DNA from: Squalus acanthias
Taxonomy: Eukaryota
Assembly (NCBI GenBank): GCA_030390025.1
Contig: CM059433.1
Span: 6,822,001-6,886,000, forward strand
Length of the DNA: 64,000 nucleotides
Reading direction: 5' to 3'
This document shows positions 11,435 to 22,792 of the stretch, piece by piece. The position numbers and the translations under genes were made by a program. A model generated the notes under the pieces. It worked only from the letters and a program-made list of their open reading frames with translations, had not been told where the DNA came from and ran no database searches. How positions within the stretch are numbered: the first letter of the stretch is position 1; every line of letters begins with the position of its first letter.

Positions 11435-12222
11435 CATTTCATAGATTTGGTAGGAAGAATAGAAAAGAAAAGTATTATTTAAATGGAGAAAGACTACAGA
11501 ATGCGGCGGTACAGAGGGATCTGGGGATCCTCGTACATGAAACACAAAAAGTTAACATGCAGGTGCAGCAAGTAATTAGAAAGGCAAATGGAATGTTGAC
11601 CTTTATTTCAAGGGGGATGGAGTATAAAAGTAGGGAAGTCTTGCTACAACTGTACAGGGCGCTGGTGAGACCGCACCTAGAGTACTGCGTACAGTTCTGG
11701 TCCCCTTATTTAAGGAGGGATATACTTGCATTGGAGGCAGTTCAGCGAAGGTTCACTAGGTTGTTTCCTGGGATGGAAGGGTTGTCTTATGAGGAAAGGT
11801 TGAGCCTATACTCATTGGAGTTCAGAAGAATGAGAGGTGATCTTATTGAAACATATAAGATTCTGAGGGGGTTGGACAGGGTAGCTGCTGAGAGGATGTT
11901 TCCCCTCGTGGGGGAATCTAGAACTAGGGGGCATAGTCTCAGAATAAGGGGTCGCCCATTTAAGACGGAGATGAGGAGGAATTTCTTCACTCAGAGGGTC
12001 GTGAATCTTTGGAATTCTCTACCCCAGAGAGCTGTGGAGGCGGAGTCATTGAATATATTCAAGGCGGAGATAGGCAGATTTTTGAGCAACAGGGGAGTCA
12101 AGGGTTATGGGCAACGGGCAGGAAAGTGGAGTTGAGGCCAAAATCGGATCAGCCATGATCTTAATAAATGGCGGAGCAGGCTCGAGGGGCCGAATGGCCT
12201 GCTCCTATTTCTTATGTTCTTA
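11435..12222 (+). mobile_element. Young 5'-truncated CR1 LINE (ORF2 C-terminal ~230 aa open)
   Basis: RDLG, LYRALVRPHLEYCVQFWSP, RRMRGDLIETYKI, RVVNLWNSLP; ttcttatg tail. Confidence 0.95.
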
Positions 12223-12604
12223 TATTTGCCAACATATTTCTCCAACTACTTCCTTTCCACTATTCGGTGGTCTGGAGTTTACCTCCAACAGTGTGGCTGA
12301 TCCCTTCCTGAATCCATATGGGTTCTGTTTCCATCGCTTTGTTAGTTATCTCCTTTCTTGCTACTGCCATCATGTCATGTCTAATTAACACAGCTACCCC
12401 ACCACCTCCTCTTCTTTCTCTATTTTTTCTAAGTACATTACAGCCTGCAATGTTTAACTGTCCTGTCTGCAGCCATGTTTCTGTTATCCCTATTACATCT
12501 GTTTCCTCACTCCAACCAAATAACCTTGCCAAAGTTCACTGTCTGGACACACACACACGAAGAATAATGTTCTGGGTGAGAAACCAGAGGGCTGACTGCA
12601 CAAG

Positions 12605-12980
12605 TCATAGAATCATAGAAGATAGGAGCAGGAGTAGGCCATTCGGCCCCTCTAGCCTGCTCCGCCATTCAATGCGATCATGGCTGATCATCCAAATTCA
12701 GTAACCTGTCCCTGCTTTCTCCCCATATCCCTTGATCCCTTTAGCCTTAAGAAATATATCTATCTCCTTCTTGAATCTATTTAATGAATTGGCCTCAACT
12801 GCCTTATGTGGTAGAGAATTCCACAGGTTCACCACTCTCTGGGTGAAGAAATTCCTCCTCATCTCAGTCCTAAATAGCTTACCCCTTATCCTTAGACTGT
12901 GACCCCTGGTTCTGGACTCCCCGACCATCGGGAACATCCTTCCTGCATCTAGTTTGTCCTGTCCTGTCAGAATTTTATAT
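12605..12980 (-). mobile_element. 5'-truncated CR1 LINE, same subfamily as 26806-30313
   Basis: Highly similar to 26806-27185; C-terminus KGIKGYGEKAGTGY. Confidence 0.9.
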
Positions 12981-13828
12981 CAACACCTTCAGAAGAGGAG
13001 GGAAGGAAGGAAGAAGGAAGGAAACAGAAGAGGTAGAAAATCAATTCAAAAAAGAGGCATTGACCTTAAGTTATTTTTGACTTGCAAGGCGGAAAACCGT
13101 GATATAAACAAATCACTCTCTGCACCATCCAACATAATGGCAGAATGCATGTCCCACAGCTAACTTTACAATAATATATTTGAAGAGTATAAACAGTACA
13201 TATTTCCAGCCAGAAATACTTAGTGCTGCACTCGGAGACCAGTGCTACTAAAATGATCTCAGCAGACTCACCGTCAACTACCAAATCAACAGTACCATAC
13301 TATCATTACTGAGAAGTTAAACTGTGGAGACTCGCCCTATCCAACAGGTCATCAACGCCCCTTTAAAGGTCGCTTCACTGTTTTCATTCCCGTGTTTTCA
13401 TGTAAGCAGCGAGTTGCAGTTTATCAACCAATATAGTCTGAGCATGGCAGTATGTGGGTGAAATTATGGAAAGAATAAACTTTGCATAGGGGCCCTCTCC
13501 GAGTACAAATTAAATGATAATAATAGTGGTTACTGAAGTAATCAGATCAGCTATACCTTTACCTGTGCTTATACAGCTTCTAGTGCAATGATGCATATAA
13601 CAAGTCTGTTCTACTATTTCAATTATCATTGAATCTGACTGTAATTTTACACAGTATTAGAAATTTAGCAAAAGGAAAAAATCTAGAAAGTGTTTTTAGA
13701 TAATGACTGATGAGGTAACACAAACAGTACTGTTATTAGCCAATCTTTTTGAGCTCTCTAAGTCAGAGTTCTATAAAAAAAATGTATTTAAATGGTGCTT
13801 ACCACTAGCCAGGTAAACACAAATACTG

Positions 13829-14992
13829 CTCTGCTCTGACGATGCCACCTTCCATACTAGTGCTTCCGATAGTCTTCCTTTTTCCTCAACCGAAGATTCC
13901 CCTCTACTGTGGTTGACACGGCCCTTGACCGTGTCCGTTCTATTTCCCGCACTTCTGCTCTCACCCCTTCCCCTCCCTCCCTGAACCACGATAGAGTTCC
14001 CCTTGTCCTCACCTTTCACCCCACCAGCCTCCACATTCAACGGATCATCCTCCGCCATTTCCGCCACCTCCAGCGTGATCCCACCACCAAACACATCTTC
14101 CCCTCACCTCCCCTTTCAGCATTCCGAAGCGACCGCTCCCTCCGCGACACCCTGGTCCACTCCTCTATCACCCCCAACACCCCTTCCCCCTCGCCCGGCA
14201 CCTTCCTGTGCAAGCGCAGGAGATGCAACACCTGCCCTTTTACCTCCCTCTTCCCACTGTCCAGGGTCCCAAACACCCCTTCCAGGTGAAACAGTGATTT
14301 ACTTGTACTTCTTGCAATTTAGTATACTGTATGCGCTGCTCACGATGCAGTCTCCTCTACATTGGGGAGACCAAACGCAGATTGGGTGACCGCTTTGCGG
14401 AACACCTCCGTTCAGTCCGTAAGGCTGACCCCGAGCTTCCAGTCGCCTGTCACTTTAATTCATCGCTTCACTCCCACTCTGACCTCTCCGTCCTCGGCCT
14501 CTTACACTGTTCCAATGAAGCTCAACGTAAGCTCGAGGAACAGCACCTCATCTTTCGATTCGGCACTTTACAGCCTTCTGGACTCAACATAGAGTTCAAC
14601 AATTTCAGACCATAACCTCTGCCCCTATCCTTTTTTTTCCATTTATTTATTTTTTTCTCTCTCCCACATGGCAGCTGTCTTTCATTCTGCCAGTGCCATT
14701 TACAGTTCATCTAGAGCCATCTTTTGTTTCTTAACTTGTCTCATTACCATCTCCTTTTGCCTTGCACCATCTCTTAATCTCTCCTGCCTTCCATCCTATC
14801 ACAGACCTTCCCTTTTGTTCTTTCCTCCCCTCCCCCCTTTCCCTGTCCCTACACTTGCTTAAAAACCTGTTACATCTCCAACTTTTTCCAGTTCTGACGA
14901 AGGGTCATCGACCTGAAACGTTAACTCTGTTTCTCTCTCTCCACAGATGCTGCCTGACCTGCTGAGTATTTCCAGCACTTTCTGTTTTTATA
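13829..14992 (+). mobile_element. Penelope-like element, 5'-truncated, with GIY-YIG endonuclease remnant and 3' pseudo-LTR
   Basis: RVPLVLTFHP, CKRRRCNTC, YC.RCSRCSLLYIGETKRRLGDRFAEH...HFN...R...E..LI...GLN motifs in frameshifted ORFs 13909-14289 and 14331-14615. Confidence 0.9.
14890..14926 (+). ncRNA. Minimal type I hammerhead ribozyme motif in PLE 3' region
   Basis: AGUU-CUGACGA-A-GGGUC(AUC)GACCU-GAAA-CG-UU-AACU: core boxes, stem II, stem I AGUU/AACU, palindromic AACGUU. Confidence 0.7.
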
Positions 14993-16330
14993 TTAAACAC
15001 AAATACTAATTGAAGGTTAATGTTCCTGACATTTTTAATAATTAGATTAATTTATTTATTTAGAATGTATTTATTTAGAGTTTAGCAATTTATTTAGAAT
15101 TGATGTCGTTGAAATGAATAGTGGGCATCTGATCAGCCAGCACTTCCAGTATTTGGCTAACATATTTTTGATGTTCTAGCCAAAATAGCTATACAAAAAA
15201 ATTCCGCAGGTCAAATACTGTTAACAGAAATCACAGTACAAGTGATGGGCCAAAAGTAGAAAATTTAGAGTGATGGTTAATTGTACTGCTTTTCTTTAGT
15301 TAGCTGACACTGTTTTTTCCAGAAGTTACAGCAGGGTCCCTTGGCAACCTATCAATATTTGCAGGGGGCTGCCACACAGAAAAGTTTGAGCTAAAATCAG
15401 AGATTCGATTTAGAAACCAGTGTAATTTTCCCACCTGCCATACAAATTTCAGAATATGCATCCTTCACTTATATTCCCACCGTTCCCACAGCTGTTGTTT
15501 CTCAAAGCATCTCCTACTTTAAACCCGAATGAAAACCTTGCTAAAGTTTAATATCAGGTTATCACATCAGAGTCCCAATCATGAATAAACTGAAGAGTTG
15601 TGCAATGCGATGTTAATTCCTTGCAAAAAGCTAATTATGTGTCTAACTCGAAGGAAGGGGGCGGGGGCGGGAAATAAAGTGAGAAAAGAGCAAGAAAATA
15701 TGTGAAGTCTTAAGTAAAAAATTAAGATAGCAGAGGGAATGAACAAGAAGGAAAAAAAGTCCTTACTGTCAGATGCCAAAACTGAAAGCACAGTGGCCTT
15801 TTTTGGCTGACATGTACCGCATCGTGCAGTTGATCTCATTTAAAAGTGTCAGCGAAACGTTGCCCGGGGTTGATATTCTTCGCGGGAGTGTATAAAACCA
15901 ACCGTGTCACAGGATCAGCAGACGAGTGATCGAACAAGGTCACACCAATGCAAGTTGCTGAATGCTCAGCTCCCCCTCCACCTGCTGCTTCTCCTGACTC
16001 AGGGAGTTTAGAGGGATGGCGGCCAACGCCTCGCAGGTGTCGAGTTTCACCCCTGCCAAGTGTCTCCACGCCATGTTTCCTTCAACGTCTCCTCGTCGAA
16101 ACTAAACAAGAAAACTCTGGCCAAAAGTTAAGAAATCCCCGTTGTGCCTCGGGGAAATGTTGCTCTGATTTTAACATCACTGCAATACCGCAAAACTTGC
16201 GACTATAGGTTAAAAAGGAGGGAGGGGGAGAGAGTTCCTTGAACATTATACAGACTCCCCCCACCCCACCAAGCTGGCTGTGGTCTCGCCTGTTGGGGCA
16301 GCAGGTGTTGAACAGGCTGCCCCACCCTGT

Positions 16331-17030
16331 CCCTCCGGCCACTCTCTGCTGGTCACCCCAGGCTCCCCTCAGTCCCTCCGGCCACTCTCTGCTGGTCACC
16401 CCAGGCTCCCCTCAGACCCTCCGGCCACTCTCTGCTGGTCACCCCAGGCTCCCCTCAGTCCCTCCGGCCACTCTCTGCTGGTCACCCCAGGCTCCCCTCA
16501 GTCCCCCCGGCCACTCTCTGCTGGTCACCCCAGGCTCCCCTCAGACCCTCTACTGGTCACCCCAGACTCCCCTCAAACTCTCTGCTGGTCATCCCAGGCT
16601 CCCCTCAGTCCCTCCGGCCACTCTCTGCTGGTGACCCCAGACTCCCCTCAGACCCTCCGGCCACTCTCTGCCGGTCACCCCAGGCTCCCCTCAGTCCCTC
16701 CGGCCACTCTCTGCTGGTCACCCCAGACTCCCCTCAGTCCCTCCGGCCACTCTCTGCTGGTCACCCCAGACTCCCCTCAGACCCTCTGCTGGTCACCCCA
16801 GGCTCCCCTCAGTCCCTCCGGCCACTCTCTGCTGGTGACCCCAGACTCCCCTCAGACCCTCCGGCCACTCTCTGCCGGTCACCCCAGGCTCCCCTCAGTC
16901 CCTCCGGCCACTCTCTGCTGGTCACCCCAGACTCCCCTCAGTCCCTCCGGCCACTCTCTGCTGGTCACCCCAGACTCCCCTCAGACCCTCTGCTGGTCAC
17001 CCCAGGCTCCCCTCAGACCCCCCGGCCGCT
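16331..17030 (+). repeat. C-rich minisatellite, 43-bp unit with a shorter variant, ~17 copies
   Basis: ccctccggccactctctgctggtcaccccaggctcccctcagt repeated in tandem. Confidence 0.97.
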
Positions 17031-17518
17031 CTCTAACCCTCTCCACCTCCCCAACAAAGTCTCAGTGAACCTACAAAGAATTAAACAAAATTTACTGCAA
17101 CTGGGCGCGGAAATGCGTCCCTTAAATAACTCACACACACACTCCCCGCACCCTACCCCCAGTATCGATTTTTGCTGACTCTTCGTCCTGGCAATTGTCG
17201 ATTAAAGTTCAGCATGGGGTGGGGGGAGGAGGGGGCCACAACCAGTAAAAATTGTAACTTAACAATTTTTTTTTAAAGCGACCTTAACAAATCAAATTAA
17301 ATTGTTATTCCCGGGGGTGCTGATGCACTCCGGTCCTCACCACTCGAGGTTTGCTGTAAATATATTTCCTCAGAGGGGGTTGTGGGGGGTTCTCCCGATC
17401 GGCCGCCGCAACATCGGCGGTAAATCAACGGAAATGCCGTCTATCCCGGGTTTGCGCCGAAGTTACAGCGGGCCGAGCGGTCTGACCGCCAGTAACCCTG
17501 CACAGCCTGCATTAATAA

Positions 17519-17703
17519 CAACTGAAAATGCTGGAAAATACTCAGCATGGTGGAGAGAGAAACAGAGTCAACGCTTCAGGTCGGTGACCCTTGGTCAGAA
17601 CCCATGGTCTCTCTCGCTACAGGTGCTGCCTGACCTGCTGAGCGTTCCCAGCATGTTTTGTTGTTATTTGTGATTTCCAGCATCCACAGTATTTTGCTAT
17701 TGT
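17519..17703. mobile_element. Inverted pair of PLE 3'-end fragments, TSD attaataa
   Basis: Minus- and plus-strand copies of the 14890-14990 sequence; attaataa at 17511-17518 and 17704-17711. Confidence 0.75.
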
Positions 17704-17874
17704 ATTAATAAAACACCGTCTGCAAAAAATGGGTTTTGCGTTAAAAAAAAATCACCAACCCAGACTGTCCCCCCGCCCCCGCCTCCGGGAGCTGCTGCTG
17801 TTGCCGGGTCCCAGGTTTGCTTTGACAGGTGCACCGCATTCCGACACATCCACCGCCCGAGCCGCGCAGCGCAG

Positions 17875-18668
17875 CTCACTCCCAATCTCACACTCACTCT
17901 CACTCCCAATCTCACACTCACTCTCACTCCCAATCTCACACTCACTCTCACTCCCAATCTCACACTCACTCTCCCACTCCCTCACTCACACTCACTCCCA
18001 ATCTCACTCACTCTCACACTCACTCACTCACTCCCAATCTCACACTCACTCTCCCACTCCCTCACTCACACTCACTCCCAATCTCACTCACTCTCACACT
18101 CACTCACTCACTCCCAATCTCACACTCACTCTCACACTCCCTCCCAATCTCACACTCCCTCACTCACAATCTCACACTCCCTCACTCTCACACTCACTCC
18201 CAATCTCACTCACTCACTCCCAATCTCTCACTCACTCCCAATCTCTCACTCACTCCCAATCTCACTCACTCACACTCCCTCATCTCACTCACTCACACTC
18301 CCAATCTCTCACTCACTCACTCTCACTCCAATCTCTCACTCACTCACTCTCACTCCCAATCTCACACTCACTCACTCTCACTCCCAATCTCACACTCACT
18401 CTCACACTCACTCCCAATCTCTCACTCTCACTCCCAATCTCACACTCACTCCCAATCTCAATCTCACTCACTCACTCTAACTCCCTCACTCCCAATCTCA
18501 CACTCACTCACTCCCAATCTCACACTCACTCCCAATCTGACACTCACTCACATTCACTCCCTCACACTCCTTCACTCACTCACTCAGACACTCTCACAAT
18601 CTCACACTCACACACAATCTCTCACACTCCCTCATTCTCACTCTCATTCACTCAGACACTCACTCTCA
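17875..18668 (+). repeat. G-depleted (CACT)n / ctcccaatctcacactcact satellite-like tract
   Basis: 24-bp units at the left end degenerating into CACT runs. Confidence 0.95.
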
Positions 18669-18872
18669 GAATGGGCGGAAAGTCCAGCTCACAAGCGGCT
18701 CCTTTAAGCGGAGCGACCCCCGGGATCCGTGCACCACAACCCTCTCCCCACACACACACCCCCACTCACTCACTCTCTCACAGCACTGGTCGGCGCCGCT
18801 CTCTCCAGGACTCTGCCAAGGCTGAGCTTGAACTGCGGTGACTGCCCCGGGACAGAGAGCGCTTTCACTCAC

Positions 18873-18892
18873 TTGTCGTGTTCCTGTGTCAT
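18873..18892 (-). CDS. GRHL1: GRHL1 (grainyhead-like 1) first coding exon, ATG ACA CAG GAA CAC GAC AA|gtgagt = MTQEHD(N/K)
   Basis: Matches recalled human GRHL1 N-terminus MTQEYDNK; 20 coding nt before a strong GTGAGT donor; A at -3; CpG-rich context; downstream of TAF1B on the same strand as in human. Confidence 0.85.
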
Positions 18893-19240
18893 CTTCTCCC
18901 CCCCGCACACACGCTCGGGTCGGGTCGGTCCAACTGGACTTTCTAGTTGAGCCAACGTGTAGCTAAACCCGAACTGCCGGCGTCTCCGCTCAGCGAGGGA
19001 GCAAAACGGGTTTTTCTGAAATGTTTTTGTTTGCTCTCGCTGTCTCCTCGCCCAGTCGTGTTGCAGCGATTCAGGTGTACAGTGAATTGCGGGTTTCAAT
19101 GCGATTGGACTGTCGCAGTGTTTCCCCCCTCCTGATCTGATGGCTGATGTGATTGGACATGCTAATGGCTCCAGGTAAGCTGGGTGTGAGCTCAGATCTG
19201 CGCGGCAACCTGTGCCCGCTTTAACCTGTTGGATCTGTTA
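18893..19240 (-). promoter_or_regulatory. GRHL1 5'UTR and proximal promoter (CpG-rich, two CCAAT boxes)
   Basis: High CpG density 18670-19230; GTCCAATC twice on minus strand (attgg at 19104-19108 and 19152-19156). Confidence 0.65.
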
Positions 19241-19317
19241 AATTCACTCACAACCAGAGCTGCATTGAGAATTCTTGGGGAACTAGGAACATTCTGGGTC
19301 CCCTCCAACCATTAAAA

Positions 19318-19660
19318 ATGAAAGAACTTGCATTTCTATAGCGCCTTTCACAACCTCAGGACGTCCCAAAGCGCTTTACAAGCCAATCAAGTACTTTTGG
19401 AATGTAGTCACTGTTGTAATGTAGGAAATCCTGCAGACGATTTGCGCACAGCAAGCTCCCACAGACAGCACTGTAATAATGACCAGATAAACTGTTTTAG
19501 TTGGTGGAGGGATACATATCGGCCAGAAGAACTCCCCCTGCTCTTCTCGCAACAGTGGCCATGGGATCTTTCACGTCCACCCGAGAGGGGCAGATGGGGA
19601 CTCGGTTTAACATCTCATCCGAAAGACGGCACCTCCGACAGTGCGGCGCTCCCTCAGCAC
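19318..19660 (-). mobile_element. DeuSINE-like SINE, 5'-truncated
   Basis: Homologous to 22319-22792. Confidence 0.85.
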
Positions 19661-20591
19661 GGTAGTAAAATACAAGAGGTTTGTGGAATGTTTACACACT
19701 GCATTATCACAATAAACTACGCTTAGTTGAAACCGTTTATTTGCATGCGCCCCATAGGACTGTGGCTTAATCCACCCCTGCTCATGACGACAGTCTTAGG
19801 CTTGAATTTCGCATTGTGTTCAGAGCCAAAGTGATGTAGAAGTTGAAGGAAATCCTTTGAACATTGAACTAAAGTTCTGCAATGCATACCACCAAAAAGC
19901 AAAAAAAAAAGGTTGACGCGTGGAAAGTGCAATCAGCGCTCAACAAACGTCTTCTTTCTGTAGTTTTTTGGGGGGAGGGGTAAACAGGACCTAATCCTGA
20001 GGTTCTAGAACTTATTTCTAATATATGTGTAAGTGCGAGGTTAGCTTAGGCTGTATGACAATGATTGACAAAAATAATGATCCGTGTGAAGTTCGTAATA
20101 AAGATGTGGAGGATGGTGCAATTTGCTTCACATGAAGAATATTGTACAAGATATTTAAGTGCTATCAAAAATGAGGCTTTATTGTATTTTCCATTTACAA
20201 AATGCTCATTTGTTTTTATTCCAAAATAATTTTATGAACTTGCATAAGATAGATAATGGTAACATTTAATTGCCCAGTTTATTAAACCGTAAGGAAGACC
20301 CAATGATGAAAACATATAATAACAGACACAAAGCGAGGAAATATAATGACTCTATAATGGCAAAATAAAAAGTTGCTTTGTAATATCTATACTCCTGGTT
20401 AATTGTCCATTTACTGTAAATAAAAGCTTTTTTAAATCAAGGGAACTCTTCTAACATTCATACATTCATAACCAACAAACCAATATAAACGGGCCAATTT
20501 TAGAAATGCATACTTTCAGCGAGGTTTCCTGCAGACAATACATTTTGTAAAATCAGCTCTAAAGTGCCCGTTAACCAAAAATATAATACAG

Positions 20592-21915
20592 TACAGTCAG
20601 CATGGATTTCAAAAGGGAAAGTCTTGCTTGACTAACTTCATTGAATTCTTTGAAGAGGTAACAGAGAGAGTAGACAAGGATAATGCTGTAGATGTACTTT
20701 ATCTAGATTTCCAAAAGGCCTTTGATAATGTGCCATATAATAGACTAATGAATAAGATCAGAACATGTGGAGTCGGGGACAAGTAACAGAATCGATAGCT
20801 AGCTGGCTTCAAGACAGAAAGCAGAGAGTAGGGTAAAGGGTAGCTATTCAGAGTGGCAAAAGGTGGAAAGTGGGGTCCCACAAAGATCAGTGCTGGGACC
20901 ACTGTTGTGCACAATTTATATTAACAATTTAGACTTTGGAATCAAAAACACAATTTCTAAATTTGCAGATGACACCAAATGGGGGGGGATAGTCAATGCT
21001 GAGGAGGACTGCAACAAATTACAAGAAGACATTAATAAACTTGAAGAATGGGCATATAATTGGCAAATGAATTTCAACATAGATAAGTGTGACGTTTTAC
21101 ATTTTGGTAAGAAAAATAAGCAAGTCACATGTTACTTGGAAAATAAGAATCTAAATAGACTAGAGGAGCAAAGGGATCTGGGAGTACAAATACACAAATC
21201 ACTAAAAGTACCGATGCAGGTTAATAAGGCCATAAAAAAGCAAACCAAGCACTAGGGTTTATTTCTAGAGGGATAGAATTGAAAAGTAGTGAAGTTATGC
21301 TAAATTTTGATCGAACCTTGGTTAGACCACACTTGGAGTACTGTGTACAGTTCTGGTCGCCATATTATAAAAAGGATATAGAGGCACTGGAGAGGGTGCA
21401 AAAAAGATTTACAAGGATGATACCAGATGCGAGGTTATACCTGTGATGTGGAGATGTGGTTATACCTATCAGGAAAGGATGAACAGGCTGGGTTTCTTTT
21501 CTCTTGAAATGAGAAGGCTGATGTGACCTAATAGAGGTCTTTAAAATTCTGAAAGGTTTTGATAGAGTGGATACAGAGAGAGAGTATTTCCAGTTGTAGG
21601 GAAATGCAAAACTAGAGGCCATTAATATAAGATAGTCATCAAGAAATCCAATAGGGAATTCAGAAGAAACTTCTTTATCCAGAGAGTGGTGAGAATGTGG
21701 AACTCGCTACCACAGGGAGTGGTTGGAGCAAATAGTATGGATGCATTTAAGGGGAGGCTAGATAAGCATATGTGGGAGAAGGGAATAGAGGGTTATGCTG
21801 ATAGAGTTAGATGAGGAAGGATGGGAGGAGGCTCGAGTGGAGCATAAACGCCGACATGGATTGGTTGGGCCAAATGGCTTGTTTCTGTGCCGTATATCCT
21901 ATGTAATTCTATGTA
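20592..21915 (+). mobile_element. 5'-truncated degraded CR1 LINE
   Basis: SGVPQ.SVLGP.L..IYIN, KFADDTK, W...WQM.FN motifs; attctatg tail. Confidence 0.92.
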
Positions 21916-22009
21916 TTCCATTTTCTGCCAACTATGTTAAGAACAGATTATTAATTGAACGTATTTTATCAATATTAATGGATCTCTCCATAGCACTTCT
22001 TCACACAAA

Positions 22010-22285
22010 CTGTAGTGGAAATCTGCAACACTCTCCCGAAAAAGCTGTTGAGGTTAGGCCAGCTGAAAATTTCAAAACTGAGATTGATAGATTTTTGTTG
22101 GGCAAGGGTACGTAACCAAGGCGGGGAGATGGAGTTACGATACAGATCAGCCATGATCTAACTGAATGGCGGGACAGGCTCGAGGAGTGGAATGGCCTAC
22201 TGCTGTTCCTATGTTACTTGAGAGCCAGCACAGGACCGATGGACTGAATGGCATCCTTCTTTGTTGTAAAATACTATGATTCTCT
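22010..22285 (+). mobile_element. Two short CR1 3'-end fragments
   Basis: FKTEIDRFL motif, gatcagccatgatct and gaatggc stems. Confidence 0.7.
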
Positions 22286-22318
22286 ATAATTCCTCTCACC
22301 TTCCTATCAGTTATGTTA

Positions 22319-22792
22319 AAGAAAGAAAGAAAGACTTGCATTTATATAGCACCTTTCTCGACCACCGGACGTCTCAAAGTGCTTTACAGTCAATGAAGTA
22401 CTTTTTGAAGTGGAGTCACTGTTGTAATGTAGGAAACGCGGCAGCCAATTTGCGCACAGCAAGCTTCCACAAACAGTAATGTGAAAATGACCAGATAATC
22501 TGTTTTAGTGATGTTGGTTGAGGGATAAATATTGGCCAGGACACCGAGGATAACTCCCCTGCTCTTCTTCGAAATAGTGCCATGGGATCTTTTACGTCCA
22601 CCTGAGAGAGCAGACGGGGCCTCGGTTTAATGTCTCATCCGAAAGACGGCACCTCCGACAGTGCAGCACTCCCTCAGCACTGCACTGGAGTGTCAGCCTA
22701 GCTTTACGTGCTCATGTCCCTGGAGTGGGACTGTCTACCCACGACCTTCTGACTCAGAGGCGAGTGTGCTACCCACTGAGCCACAGCTGACA
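22319..22792 (-). mobile_element. Full-length DeuSINE/SacSINE1-like SINE
   Basis: Reverse complement of 7448-7918 including the A-box head and (GAAA)n tail. Confidence 0.9.

Larger units (their letters stand above)
9236..12530 (-). mobile_element. Old, degraded CR1 LINE (EN to RT) carrying three later insertions
   Basis: GITETWL (12260-12532), LGISD.NIIRF (11065-11247), GPD.LHP..L (10179-10373), W...QMQFN..CE.VHFG (9389-9622). Confidence 0.8.

Noticed and set aside
17729..18841. S/H/L/T-rich ORFs, and the ORFs over 16239-17068
   Set aside because: Translations of simple or minisatellite repeats
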